Notes: generated by a model not told the origin, from the letters alone. A stretch of DNA of 64,000 nt from an uncultured Thermococci archaeon (GCA_964595645.1 CAZQQT010000007.1:1-64000), one strand, 5' to 3'; shown: positions 50,104 to 60,299, counted from the stretch's first letter. A program made the numbers and translations.

Positions 50104-53100
50104 ATGAAAAACAAAATGCGACTAATTTTATGTGTACTTATTATAAGCGGGAGCATCATCAGCGGCTGTCTTCAAGAGGAGCCGACAACAATGTCTCCTG
50201 CAACAGAGACGCTGCAAGAGCCAAAAACACCATCAAAAATTCCTTTTTTTGGGATTGAAGAAGATTTCATCAGAGAAAATGATCTGGTCAGCCTCACTGC
50301 TACAGACATCCGCGAGCTGGGCGTGGGCATCGCTCGAACCCATGGTGGTCCCTTCGTCTGGGAAAACGTGGAGCCTGAGAAGGGACGAATGGATTTTACC
50401 CTGACCGATGAAGTGGTGAAACGGGCTGCTGAAGCAGAGGTCACCCTACTCGCCAGCCTCTGGCCCTACGCCATCTGGGATCAGGACGAGTCCTGTAAGG
50501 TCTGTGGGGAGATTGACGCAATGCGCGGGAGAATTCCCGACTACCGATGTCCTCCACAGGATATGGAGGCATATACCTCCTTCGTAACGGAAATGGTGGA
50601 ACGGTACGACGGCGATGAAAACTTCGGATCCCATCCTATTACCGAGGAGATGAAAATCACGATACGTGAGAACCCAGTGATCTACTGGGAGATCGCCAAT
50701 GAAGTCGACGCCGGTGACAACGTGTCTACCGCACGATTCTTCCAAGGGAGTATCGAAGAATATGTCACACTGTTGAAACGGTCGTATACTGCAATCAAGA
50801 CGGCGTGTGAAGAATGTCAGGTGATCATTGCCGCTCCTGCAGGTCCTGTTGATCTGTACTACTCAGGAATATTCTCCTTAGGTGGAAAGGAGTACTTTGA
50901 TATCTACAATATTCACTGTCCTGTGGAGGAACTCGAGAAGGCCCTCGGCACCATCAACAGACCAGTAGTACTCACCGAGGCTGGAGGACAGTCAGGTATC
51001 GCACTCATCAAGGAGACGGTGAGAATGGCTGCCACCGATGTTGCTTCCGCCATGCTCAGTATGACCATGGATCGGGCCAAAGCGGCGAGCACCAAGGATA
51101 CTGACGGATTCCTGCTGGACAGCGAAGGTGCGAGAACGGAGACCTACCGGGCACTCCAAATGGCAGCCCAAGAGCTCGGTGGATTCACCAGAGCAGAGAA
51201 ACTCACCATGAAGGAAGGAGTCATGGGTGTGCGTGTATACTTTGCACGTGAGAAGCCGACTACCGTCTTGTTCATGGACAAAGGTCCAGGAAAATCAGTG
51301 ACCGTCTCACTGGACGGAAATTTTGCCGTCAAGGACTACTACGGAAAGAAAATGCAGCACGTCAATGAACTTACACTAGAAGGAGAAAATGTGTACTTCC
51401 TCAAGCCCTCTAAAGAACCTGCACAGGGATATACGCTCTCCATTACCATTGAAGGGAAGGGGACAGTGGATCTCATGCCTGAGAAGGAGCGATATGAAGC
51501 AGGAGAGTCCGTCACCTTAAAGCCAGTGCCTGCCGAGGAATACCAGTTCGCCGCATGGATGGGACCAGACGGTGGAGAGGTAACACACAACACCCTTGTC
51601 ATGAATGAAGAAAAAGCGATTACCGCAGTATTTACACAGGTCCCCTCACGAGAGGATCTCGCTGTCCCTCGTTCTTCCATGCCCCCCTTCGATCCGAATA
51701 TTCAGGTAGCATCGGGCTGGGAGGGAACGTACTTCATTCCGCCGGGTAATTTGCTGACACCCGCACATCTGTTTATCGATTCGCAGGGACGATTCATCGT
51801 CAACGAAGTGGGACCTCGGACCGTTGCCCGTATCAAGGACGGGACGGTGACACGATATATCGATGCCGCAGAGTACGCACTGTTCACCATCGCCATGGAC
51901 GCAGAGGACAATATCTATATTTGGGATAACCATATCGATGACGATGCCGCCTCACTGTTTCAGGTGTCTCCCACAGGGGAGATGCGCACACTCGTGGAGA
52001 ACAGCCCAGTGATCGGCACGGACTGGGATACTGGGATCTTCACCGCCTCCCCTTCCGGCGAGATCTACATGTGTACCTTCCATGGGGAAACCTGTCAGCT
52101 GCTCAATATCACGCAAAATGGGGAGATTAAGATCCTCGATGAGAATTTTAAGATACGTCCCACGAACATGACATTCAGTGAGGATAGTACATTCTATATC
52201 ACGACGACAGAAGAGATATATCAGATAGACACGGCAACGGGCGAGGCGAAGCTCCTCATCGACAAACGGAAGTTCCCGGAGCTCGGGATGCATGCCATTA
52301 CCCATGGTGGGTTCTGTGTCCATGACGGATCCTTCTATATCACGGACGGATCCCGTCTCGCAGTGATCGGCGCCGATAGGAACGCACGGCTGCTCGCCCA
52401 GGGGTTCACCTGGGCGCAGGGAATCGCAGTGGATGAGGAGGGTGTCTATATTGTTTCCAGAGCGGACGGCGGCCTCTATAAAATTGCAAACAACACCATC
52501 GAGTGTCTCGTCCCCCCCACCATGCTCAGCACGCCGTACCGCATGGCGTTCAACGCAGAGGACGATCTGTACGTCTACCAGATGGAATCGTTGCGAGTCA
52601 GCCACTTTACCGCAGATGGTGAATTCGTCGAGTACTTCTCCCATCTCAACATCTTCCCGCCGCTAGGGGATCTCACCGTAGATCAGGATGGGAGCCTCTG
52701 GGTCACCTCATCAAAAATTCCGCACTGGCCGAACCTGCCCATGCAGCTGATCCGTATTGAAAAGAACGGCGAACGCACGGTGGTCATTGACGAGTTTGGT
52801 AAAGCCTCGGCTGTTGCATCCTACAATGAAGAGTGTTACGTGAGCGATACCGCATCGGAGACCATCTACCGCGTCTCTCCATCGGGGGAGAGAACACTGT
52901 ATATCACGAATATCCATACCCTAGTATTTGATTTCGATGCAGAAGGGACGGTGTATGCAATTACCGGTGAGAAACAGCACAATGTCCTTAAAATTCAAAA
53001 TGCGACAGAAGTCACACGGATATTCACGACTGATGACACACTCACCGATCTCGTGGTAACACCATCGGGACGGATCATCGTCGCCACGGCAGAGGCCGTA

Positions 53101-53250
53101 TACGAGATTACCGACACCGATACACGACGGGAGATCGTCTCCGGACTCCAAGGGGTAATGGGTACAGGGCTCGCCGTGGACAGTAATGGAGTGATATACG
53201 TGTGTAAAACAATGAAGGGGTATGTGCTCAGACTGGAGAAGACGCAGTAA
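50104..53250 (+). CDS. Large lipoprotein: clan GH-A-like TIM barrel, InlB-B/Flg_new-type repeat, and NHL/SMP-30-like beta-propellers
   Basis: Lipobox ISGC; WEIANE and LTEAG putative catalytic glutamates; YTLSITIEGKG...Y.F..W repeat; multiple G.AVD/NIY blades. Confidence 0.7.
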   Translation: MKNKMRLILCVLIISGSIISGCLQEEPTTMSPATETLQEPKTPSKIPFFGIEEDFIRENDLVSLTATDIRELGVGIARTHGGPFVWENVEPEKGRMDFTLTDEVVKRAAEAEVTLLASLWPYAIWDQDESCKVCGEIDAMRGRIPDYRCPPQDMEAYTSFVTEMVERYDGDENFGSHPITEEMKITIRENPVIYWEIANEVDAGDNVSTARFFQGSIEEYVTLLKRSYTAIKTACEECQVIIAAPAGPVDLYYSGIFSLGGKEYFDIYNIHCPVEELEKALGTINRPVVLTEAGGQSGIALIKETVRMAATDVASAMLSMTMDRAKAASTKDTDGFLLDSEGARTETYRALQMAAQELGGFTRAEKLTMKEGVMGVRVYFAREKPTTVLFMDKGPGKSVTVSLDGNFAVKDYYGKKMQHVNELTLEGENVYFLKPSKEPAQGYTLSITIEGKGTVDLMPEKERYEAGESVTLKPVPAEEYQFAAWMGPDGGEVTHNTLVMNEEKAITAVFTQVPSREDLAVPRSSMPPFDPNIQVASGWEGTYFIPPGNLLTPAHLFIDSQGRFIVNEVGPRTVARIKDGTVTRYIDAAEYALFTIAMDAEDNIYIWDNHIDDDAASLFQVSPTGEMRTLVENSPVIGTDWDTGIFTASPSGEIYMCTFHGETCQLLNITQNGEIKILDENFKIRPTNMTFSEDSTFYITTTEEIYQIDTATGEAKLLIDKRKFPELGMHAITHGGFCVHDGSFYITDGSRLAVIGADRNARLLAQGFTWAQGIAVDEEGVYIVSRADGGLYKIANNTIECLVPPTMLSTPYRMAFNAEDDLYVYQMESLRVSHFTADGEFVEYFSHLNIFPPLGDLTVDQDGSLWVTSSKIPHWPNLPMQLIRIEKNGERTVVIDEFGKASAVASYNEECYVSDTASETIYRVSPSGERTLYITNIHTLVFDFDAEGTVYAITGEKQHNVLKIQNATEVTRIFTTDDTLTDLVVTPSGRIIVATAEAVYEITDTDTRREIVSGLQGVMGTGLAVDSNGVIYVCKTMKGYVLRLEKTQ

Positions 53251-53340
53251 TGTGTCGGCAGGAGAAAGGATATCATGAGCGAAAGATACAGAGGGATAAA
53301 GCTGAAGGAAACAGTGCACCGCCATTCTTCTAGAGAAAAA

Positions 53341-53750
53341 TCACTCAAAATACTCGTAAATTTTTTCAACGAACTCCCTCACATCGTGAAGATCCTCTGC
53401 ACGTATTTCCATCAATCGCTCTTCATCAACTCTGTTATACCGGTGAACGAGAAAATTCCTAAATTTTGCCATTTCTGCCATTCGTGTGGAGAGATCGGCG
53501 GGAATCACACTGTATTTTGCCAGAGTGCTGAACATCTCAGCATAGCTAGAAGGTCGTTCAAACCCTTCTGTTGCAATAATATGACTTGCAATATCTATAA
53601 ACGCCTCAGTAACCTCTAACAAGCTATGTTTCACTGCTTGAATCTCTTCAAAGGACGCTGTATGGGGATCCATCTCTTTAGTTTCTAAGTAACGAATATT
53701 TTTCTCGATGATCTCTATTTTTCCTTGAATCGTCCTTTAGAGACTTTCAT
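53341..53750 (-). pseudogene. hepT: HepT/DUF86 (HEPN) toxin with a frameshift near its 5' end
   Basis: FRNFLVHRY motif; the ATG at 53750 overlapping the mntA stop reaches TAG after 11 codons and is 77 nt from the body ATG at 53673. Confidence 0.75.
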
Positions 53751-54151
53751 GCTGTGATTCTCCTTTTTACATTCTTATCATGCTCGCGGAGAAACTGTTT
53801 AAAATCGAGATAGGCGACCAGACTCCTCGCTTCAAAATCCTCCCTGATGCGCTCATCCGCGATATATACATGGTGGGCATCGGTGAGCACCTCGTAAATG
53901 AATCGCGGATCCCGTCCATTGAGCACGTGCAGATCGATATCCCTTCCAATCTCTTTTTCTATGATAAGAGAAAGTCGGGCGATCTCTCTAATAGTATACT
54001 CCTCACCCTCTGTGAGGACGAGCCCGATATCCACATCACTCTCTTCATGCTCTCTAGATCGAGCAAAGGGACTGAAAAGGTACGCAACCGCTATTTTCTT
54101 TTCTCTCCCCAATATCTTTTGAATTGCATCCCTCTGCTCTTCATTCAGCAT
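53747..54151 (-). CDS. mntA: MntA minimal nucleotidyltransferase antitoxin with degenerate GS motif
   Basis: AYLFSPFARS...SDVDIG (consensus FGS.ARG..SD.D), IDLHVLN. Confidence 0.75.
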   Translation of the reverse strand: MLNEEQRDAIQKILGREKKIAVAYLFSPFARSREHEESDVDIGLVLTEGEEYTIREIARLSLIIEKEIGRDIDLHVLNGRDPRFIYEVLTDAHHVYIADERIREDFEARSLVAYLDFKQFLREHDKNVKRRITA

Positions 54152-54371
54152 AAATATGTATAGTAATATAAGAATAAAAAGGTTTTGAACTGCACAGCCA
54201 GCTCGCTGGAAAAAAAGGATCATCGTGATATCAGATACGCCACCAAAATTTCTAGTGTATTTTCTCATCGAGTGTGATCTGAGAACTCTCTCGTGTTTGT
54301 CATGTAGTTCTCACTCTCGTTAAATTATTTCCTACAAAAAAATAATAAACAGAAGGTGACAAAGATATCGT

Positions 54372-54667
54372 ATGAGTAAAGAGCTGGAGAGGATCCGACG
54401 TTGTATTCATAAAAAAGAAGAAGAAATCAGAGAAAAATACAAAGCAGAGGCAGTGGGGGTGTTTGGGTCCTATGCGAGAGGTGAGCAAAAAAAGGATAGT
54501 GATTTGGATGTTCTCGTACGGTTTCATGAGGGGGAACACTATTTGATTTTGTCGGCCTTGCAAACTTTCTTGAAGAAGAATTGGACATGAACGTAGATGT
54601 CGTCTCGGAAAGGACCGTAAGGAAGGAGGTGAAAAAGAAGATACTCGCTGAGGTGACTCCACTGTGA
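54372..54667 (+). pseudogene. MNT nucleotidyltransferase antitoxin, frameshifted; partner HEPN gene deleted
   Basis: FGSYARGEQ..SDLD; frameshift at the G-run near 54530, after which TLFDFVGLANFLEEEL..VDVV continues; overlapping GTG-K-R-D stub stops after 6 codons. Confidence 0.8.
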
Positions 54668-54689
54668 AGAGAGATCTCATATAACGCGT

Positions 54690-56081
54690 CTAAAACAGCT
54701 CCGGATGTTCCGTGTGAATAGGGATCAGTTTATTTGGATTAATTGTCTCTACCATCTCCCGGATCTCTGGACCGGAAGCGTGTCCTGAGGCATGGGCGGC
54801 GCACTCTGGAATCCCGAAGTGATCCAACCAATGGTGTTTCCGGTCCTCATCGAGCTCCATTTCTTCCGAGAACGGCTCGCAGCTCGATTTTATCCAGAGC
54901 GCATTTGTCGGCTTAATATCCACCAGCTGGTTGATCTCCCAGAAACTCGTGGAAACCACGTAGCGTTCTGGATGTTCCCTCAACGTAGCGCAGGTGACGG
55001 TGTTCTCTCGGGTGAGAAACTCACGTTCCCATGTCCGGTAGTCCCGTTCTACCTGGTAGTCCGGCACATCCTCCCGCTCAATCAATCCCCAGCTCTTTTT
55101 GGGAATGAGTATCTGAGTGTCATCGACATGGAACGGCGAGAGATCGCCGAGCTTCTCGAGGAGGTACGCGAGCTTCATATCCACAACGAACTCCCGCTCA
55201 TTCTCTTTCGTCGCGTCGTAAATGGTCTGCACTCTGTCGATGTCCTTTTTCGGATGCTCGACGAAGACGAGACCATCTGTTCGTGTGAGGTGGTGGATCA
55301 TCTCATCACGTACCTTGGTTTCACTATCCTGCCGTATCTCATTGATCCGTGTGCCCTCGCAGAGGAAAATGTCCGGTGCTGCGGCTTGTGCACGCTCAAC
55401 GAACGACTCAGTTTTCTCGCCGTGGTGGCCATGGAAACGGAGATCGCCCGAATACACAACAGTTTCGTCGTCGGAGTAAATGATATAGCCGCAGGCACCA
55501 GGGAGCGAGTGATCCACAGGAACCATCTCCACCTCCAGCGATCCGATCCGTACAGGAGTATTCTGGTCCATCACGTGGTACGTCCGCTGCGTTACGTACT
55601 CGCTCTTGCGCCGTGAGACTCTGCTAAGATCGCCCCGTCTGTTCTCGTAGAAGGTGAAGGTTTCGCAGTGGGTAAAGAAGTCCGCGAATGAGCTACTGCC
55701 CGTCTCTTCAATGTATTGAAGCAGGATCTTCGTAGGCTCCGTGCAGTAGATGGGGATATCCTTCCGCAGGAAGTGGATGTACGCGGCGTGATCCATATGC
55801 GCGTGGCTCAAGAACACTGCATCCACCCTCGTGTCCGCGGGATCACGTCCCATGTGGGTGAGATAGTCCCGTCGGTAAATACCGGGAATATCGGGGAGCA
55901 GATCGAACTCGAAGAAATCCCGGAGAGAGGCACACTTCCGCGGCTGCAGAAACTCGGAGAAGTACCAACCTGTCTGCGAGAAGCTCATCCCGAAGTCGAG
56001 AAGTATCCGTGTATCGTTATGAGAGAGGAGGATCTTGTTGCCGCCGATCTCGTCTTGTCCGCCGAAGATCTCGATCTTCAT
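54690..56081 (-). CDS. Metallo-beta-lactamase/beta-CASP nuclease (RNase J-like paralog)
   Basis: GG..EIGGN, DFG, SHAHMDH, DHS, SGD, EGT, HASGH, PIH. Confidence 0.88.
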   Translation of the reverse strand: MKIEIFGGQDEIGGNKILLSHNDTRILLDFGMSFSQTGWYFSEFLQPRKCASLRDFFEFDLLPDIPGIYRRDYLTHMGRDPADTRVDAVFLSHAHMDHAAYIHFLRKDIPIYCTEPTKILLQYIEETGSSSFADFFTHCETFTFYENRRGDLSRVSRRKSEYVTQRTYHVMDQNTPVRIGSLEVEMVPVDHSLPGACGYIIYSDDETVVYSGDLRFHGHHGEKTESFVERAQAAAPDIFLCEGTRINEIRQDSETKVRDEMIHHLTRTDGLVFVEHPKKDIDRVQTIYDATKENEREFVVDMKLAYLLEKLGDLSPFHVDDTQILIPKKSWGLIEREDVPDYQVERDYRTWEREFLTRENTVTCATLREHPERYVVSTSFWEINQLVDIKPTNALWIKSSCEPFSEEMELDEDRKHHWLDHFGIPECAAHASGHASGPEIREMVETINPNKLIPIHTEHPELF

Positions 56082-56818
56082 GATGTTCCTCCACGGTAGA
56101 TCTCACCGACGCGGGTGAGTGCGAGTTTCGCCCGTTTGTCCTCACGTTCCTTCGTGATGAGACCCATCCTCTCAAGTTTCTCCAGACGGTACTGCACACT
56201 GGAACGCTGGATATCATCATCCATCGATTCTACGAGCTCTTTTATCGAGCTCACACCCTGTTTCTCGTGGAGAACATGGATGATATCCCGGTCGAGCTTG
56301 GTTATTTCTTCAATAGGGAACACGGGGATAGACTCGCAGGTCATTGTGCCAATAGCGCCTCCTTTATTCATGAACTCATCTTTCAAATCGCCCTTCGCCG
56401 AGTCGATAATCTTCGGGACGAGGTACTCCTCCGGCTTGGAGTAGAGGATCGCGATCTCGCCGTGATCCCGGAGGAAGAACACGGCGGACATCATAGCAAC
56501 TAACGCGAGTTTTGGTGCTGAGGAGATGTTGACATAGACCTTCCTCCCGTTCTCCAGCTCCTGTCTGATAATCCTCAACGTCGTGAGAAAAACGTTGTCA
56601 AAATCGTAAATATCGACGGTTTCCCCCTCTATTTCCACTGGAAACTCTTTCAGTTTCTGGAGGAAATGATCCGCCAGTGTCGTTGAATGTGTGTAGGTCT
56701 CTCCACTGTGTCTGAGCACGATCACCTTCTCGGCGGGATATCCTTCGATAATGGGCTTCACGATCCGCTCGTACTCGAACCCAGCAGCAACGATATGCAC
56801 TCCCTTTTTCTGTTCCAT
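56078..56818 (-). CDS. DUF6293 (CARF-like Rossmann) plus winged-helix regulator
   Basis: HIVAAGFEYERIV.P, VYVNISSAPK, YSKPEEY, C-terminal wHTH; ATG 56818 lies 22 nt from a TATA box; ATGA overlap with the nuclease. Confidence 0.8.
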   Translation of the reverse strand: MEQKKGVHIVAAGFEYERIVKPIIEGYPAEKVIVLRHSGETYTHSTTLADHFLQKLKEFPVEIEGETVDIYDFDNVFLTTLRIIRQELENGRKVYVNISSAPKLALVAMMSAVFFLRDHGEIAILYSKPEEYLVPKIIDSAKGDLKDEFMNKGGAIGTMTCESIPVFPIEEITKLDRDIIHVLHEKQGVSSIKELVESMDDDIQRSSVQYRLEKLERMGLITKEREDKRAKLALTRVGEIYRGGTS

Positions 56819-56839
56819 ACGTACATATTGGTACATGTG

Positions 56840-56869
56840 TTTATAAATTTTTTCATCACGTAACGAAAA
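56840..56869. repeat. 30-bp direct repeat copy 1 (TATA/BRE-containing; partner at 62264-62293)
   Basis: tttataaattttttcatcacgtaacgaaaa; 29/30 identical to copy 2. Confidence 0.85.
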
Positions 56870-56964
56870 GGTTGTATATAAAATGTCACTGTTGACATGG
56901 TGCCCCAGCAGTATTACTTTATTAAACATGGATGAGTAGGTGAACCATACAGGAGTTGAGGACC

Positions 56965-57504
56965 ATGGATATCGTATATATCTCCGGTAGCCCGAGGAAA
57001 CAGAGCAACACAGATTATCTTTTGAAGACAACATTAGAAATTACCGGTGGAACGTTTATCAAATTGAGTGAATATCAGATTAATCCGTGTAAATCCTGTT
57101 GGGACTGTCTAGAAACGGGTAAATGTATAATAAATGATGATATGAGCGAAGAACTTATCCCACGTATTTCAAAATCGAAGGGAGTTGTACTGGGGAGTCC
57201 CGTGTACTTCAACAATGTCTCCGCTCAGCTCAAGAAGTTCCTCGATAGAACATGGTGTATCAAAGGGACGCTACGAAATAAGATCGGTGGTGCAGTTGTG
57301 GTAGGGAGGAGATACGGGGCAGAAAGTGCAATTACTGCTATGAACGCTTTCTTCCTTAAACATGAAATGATTCCAGCAAACAGAGGTGTATCGGGAATCG
57401 CGTATCGTCAAAACGAAATTAAAGAAGATCGAGAAGCAGTTGAAGCGGCAGAAAGACTTGGAAAGCGTATTACTGAACTTGGAAAAATAGTAGGTTCTCC
57501 ATAA
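56965..57504 (+). CDS. Iron-sulfur flavoprotein (Isf, flavodoxin-like)
   Basis: GSPR..NT, CKSCWDC...C, GSPVYF, LDR. Confidence 0.9.
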   Translation: MDIVYISGSPRKQSNTDYLLKTTLEITGGTFIKLSEYQINPCKSCWDCLETGKCIINDDMSEELIPRISKSKGVVLGSPVYFNNVSAQLKKFLDRTWCIKGTLRNKIGGAVVVGRRYGAESAITAMNAFFLKHEMIPANRGVSGIAYRQNEIKEDREAVEAAERLGKRITELGKIVGSP

Positions 57505-57653
57505 CGTGTGCTCTCCTTTCCGTCCATGTTACCGGTACCCATCAGCACGTACAAGGTGTTTTATGGAGGGTGTTAACTAAAGGAAGGGGTATCTTTAGCT
57601 TTACACAAATGGTAGTAGAAGTAGCGCAACAATCCTGGCCTTCATTTTGGAGA

Positions 57654-58025
57654 TCAGTCCGTATCAGTGTTAGGGGAAGAATCACGTTCTTCTCTTTCTC
57701 TCACCCATGAAACGAGAGGGAGAAGAGCGTTTCTCACGTCTTTTCCGTCGTCGGTGAGAGTATAGATAACTTTTGGTGGAGTCTCAGCTGTAACCTCCCG
57801 ATGAACGAATCCCTCCTCTTGCAGTTCTTTCAATCGGTCTGACAGGGATTTTGGGCTGATCCCATTCAACTTTCGCTGTAACTCGTTGAAATGATATCCT
57901 TCTTCCTTAGCACCGAGGAGACTCACGATGCATATCGCCCATTTCTTCGAGATTGTATTCAGTACCCCCTTCACGGAACAGAGGCATGCCCTCTCCTTCT
58001 CGCAACAGCCGTCTTCATGCTTCAT
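57654..58025 (-). CDS. HxlR-family winged-helix regulator
   Basis: C.V...L..ISKKW, FNEL, ISPKSLSDRLKEL, PPKVIYTLT. Confidence 0.92.
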   Translation of the reverse strand: MKHEDGCCEKERACLCSVKGVLNTISKKWAICIVSLLGAKEEGYHFNELQRKLNGISPKSLSDRLKELQEEGFVHREVTAETPPKVIYTLTDDGKDVRNALLPLVSWVREREERDSSPNTDTD

Positions 58026-58122
58026 GTAGATACACCTACTTACGTATGTCTTCGTAGCTACACTTCCTTAAACTGCCACGTTTAAATACTTTACTATTTG
58101 TAGTTAATTACGAGATGATAGT

Positions 58123-58329
58123 ATGTGTGAAGAATGTTGCGATACCAAAAAAAGGCATCATGGGATCCACAGACATGGAAGACACGGTCACCACCGATGC
58201 TGTTGCTGCCACGGTACATGGAGACGATTCACGTCGAGAGAAGAAAAAATAGAGATGGTCAAGAAATACAGAGAAGAACTGAAAAAAGAACTAAAAGCAG
58301 TGGACGAAAAAATAGAAGAACTTTCTTAA
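58123..58329 (+). CDS. Small Cys/His-rich protein with coiled-coil tail (DUF5320-like)
   Basis: MCEECC..HHGIHRHGRHGHHRCCCCH, RRF.SREE, coiled coil. Confidence 0.75.
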   Translation: MCEECCDTKKRHHGIHRHGRHGHHRCCCCHGTWRRFTSREEKIEMVKKYREELKKELKAVDEKIEELS

Positions 58330-58385
58330 ATTTTTTATTTTTCTATTTTTATATAGGAATATGTCCCAGAAGACACGTAGTTTAC

Positions 58386-58712
58386 TCATTTTTTGAGTAC
58401 ATTGTCGAGCCATTCCAGGTAGCGTTTACTACCGCTGATAGGCGTCGCAATTATCTCCGGTGTCTCGTAGGGGTGTATCGCTTCAATCGCTCTCTCGAGT
58501 TCGTCGTACATTGACCTCTTACTTTTGATAAGACATAGCCATTCCTCTGCCGTCTCCACGCCCTTTTTCCATCGGTAGGTGCTTACGATTGGCCCGACTA
58601 CCTGAACACATCCTGCCAGTCGCTTCTCCACCAGTGTTTCAGCTATTTTTTCGGCATCTTCCTTTTTCTCTACGGTGGTGAAGACCTGGATATACTCTTC
58701 CGTCATGATCAT
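58386..58712 (-). CDS. cutA: Divalent-cation tolerance protein CutA
   Basis: LVEKRLAGCVQ, S.YRW, HPYETPEI. Confidence 0.95.
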   Translation of the reverse strand: MIMTEEYIQVFTTVEKKEDAEKIAETLVEKRLAGCVQVVGPIVSTYRWKKGVETAEEWLCLIKSKRSMYDELERAIEAIHPYETPEIIATPISGSKRYLEWLDNVLKK

Positions 58713-58741
58713 GCCCTCTATAGCTCAGTCCCTCTCGCTAG

Positions 58742-58888
58742 TTATTTCTCCCGTTTGAGCTTCTCGAGAATTGCCTGATAGACGAAGTCACTCCTCGTCT
58801 TATAAAAACCCTCCTCTACCATCTCATCGATATCTTTCATGACCTGTGGGGCGACCGTGGTACCAATAGTTCTGTTTTTTCGTGCCAT
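58742..58888 (-). CDS. Ribbon-helix-helix (CopG-like) protein, 48 aa, missed by the ORF track
   Basis: MARKNRTIGTTVAPQVMKDIDEMVEEGFYKTRSDFVYQAILEKL; SD-like GGAGG upstream. Confidence 0.75.
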   Translation of the reverse strand: MARKNRTIGTTVAPQVMKDIDEMVEEGFYKTRSDFVYQAILEKLKREK

Positions 58889-58999
58889 GTGTATCCCTCT
58901 ACCTCCATATTTTTAAGGTATTCTCCTATAACTTCAGCAACGTATTCTTTAGTTCTTCCATTCTCTTCATCATAGCTCACGGAGTACGTAATGCACAAA

Positions 59000-59065
59000 G
59001 GATGTTTGCAGTGTAGGTTACACGCATTGGTGAAGTTCCAAACAACCGAAAACGGAGTGAAGGAA
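59000..59065 (-). pseudogene. Radical SAM gene fragment
   Basis: PFSVVWNFTNACNLHCKH, the start of a CxxxCxxC motif, truncated. Confidence 0.55.
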
Positions 59066-59205
59066 GCCAACAACCACCGGATGGAACCACAATGAAGACA
59101 TACCCCCCCTACAACACTTCCGGAGAGTTGGCAGATAGATACAGCTGGCAAAAAGTGTTAGATTTAATGAAAAAGTATAAATATCGGGAAACAAGATTAT
59201 TAAGT

Positions 59206-59502
59206 ATGAGCAACAAATCAAAGAGAATGAGAGAGTATGTTCGCAGATTTGGGGGAAAGGGATTCTACGAGATCCTCGTGTACATACGGGATCACGACCG
59301 CGTCATTCTCTCAGACTTCCTCCATATCGCAGGGCATGGTACCGTCATGGACAGACGGGAGGAGCTCCTCGATCTCGGACTGATCTCCGATAAAAAAATC
59401 AAAGAGGGGAGACGGAACTACATTGTCTACGAAATGACACCGAAGGGAGAGACGTTTCTGGAGAAACTGGAAAGACTGCTTGACATCATGGAGAAAGAGT
59501 AG
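59206..59502 (+). CDS. Small winged-helix protein
   Basis: EL..LGLI...GRR..VYEMTPKG wing pattern. Confidence 0.7.
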   Translation: MSNKSKRMREYVRRFGGKGFYEILVYIRDHDRVILSDFLHIAGHGTVMDRREELLDLGLISDKKIKEGRRNYIVYEMTPKGETFLEKLERLLDIMEKE

Positions 59503-59546
59503 TAACGAGAGTATCTCAACTGCCTCTCGCGTTCGTATTTCGGTAT

Positions 59547-59948
59547 TTATAGCCCTCTCTGCCTCTTTTTCTCCTGTAATTTCTCGTGGTAGTCTTCGCG
59601 GACAGGGTAGAAAATGTCGAGCATCACAAAGGGCTCGTCCCCGAGACAGGTGTCGCTGTGAGGGACATTGGCAGGGATACAGTAGAAATCTCCTTTCTGG
59701 ACGGTCCGTTCCTCATCGCCGATCCGTAACACCGCCCTCCCGCCGTAGACGATGCCCACCTGTTCGTGCGGGTGGGAGTGCGTCGGCACCGAGTGGCCGG
59801 GGAGCGTCCTGTTGAGAACCATCATCATGTTCTCTCCATGGAGTCCGGTGAGAATCGTGGTTTCTAAGCCGGGAAGCTGGGTGATGGTGGGGGCTTCGTC
59901 CGGATCGATAAAGTAGGGGATCGTCTGGTTGTTCTTTTTCTCTTCCAT
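59547..59948 (-). CDS. Cupin domain protein
   Basis: HSHPHEQ and GD...IPANVPH. Confidence 0.92.
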   Translation of the reverse strand: MEEKKNNQTIPYFIDPDEAPTITQLPGLETTILTGLHGENMMMVLNRTLPGHSVPTHSHPHEQVGIVYGGRAVLRIGDEERTVQKGDFYCIPANVPHSDTCLGDEPFVMLDIFYPVREDYHEKLQEKKRQRGL

Positions 59949-60092
59949 GTTTGTTATTCTCTCTTATAGCATAAAAACTTTTCAGTGCGACATGATCGCT
60001 TTGGTATTCTCTTCGTAAACCGGTTTTCCAAGACTGTACGCACCATGCACAGTTTCAGAAGCTTTTTATACTTTAGTAAACTATGTAATACC

Positions 60093-60299
60093 ATGTCCAA
60101 GGTCATCAGTTTTAAGGTCCCCGAAGATATGGCAGAGGAGATCGATAAAGAGGTCAAGGAGGGGAATTACCAGTCCCGTGGAGAGTTTTTGAGAGCGCTT
60201 ATTAGGAAACTAGAAAGAAAGAAGCTTTCAGAAAAAGCCAAAAAGGACATAGAAGAGGCCAGGAAACAGGAGGGACGTCCTATAGATGAGCTCCTATAA
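60093..60299 (+). CDS. Ribbon-helix-helix antitoxin
   Basis: VISFKVP....EID..V..G.YQSRGEFLRALIR; overlaps relE. Confidence 0.88.
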   Translation: MSKVISFKVPEDMAEEIDKEVKEGNYQSRGEFLRALIRKLERKKLSEKAKKDIEEARKQEGRPIDELL

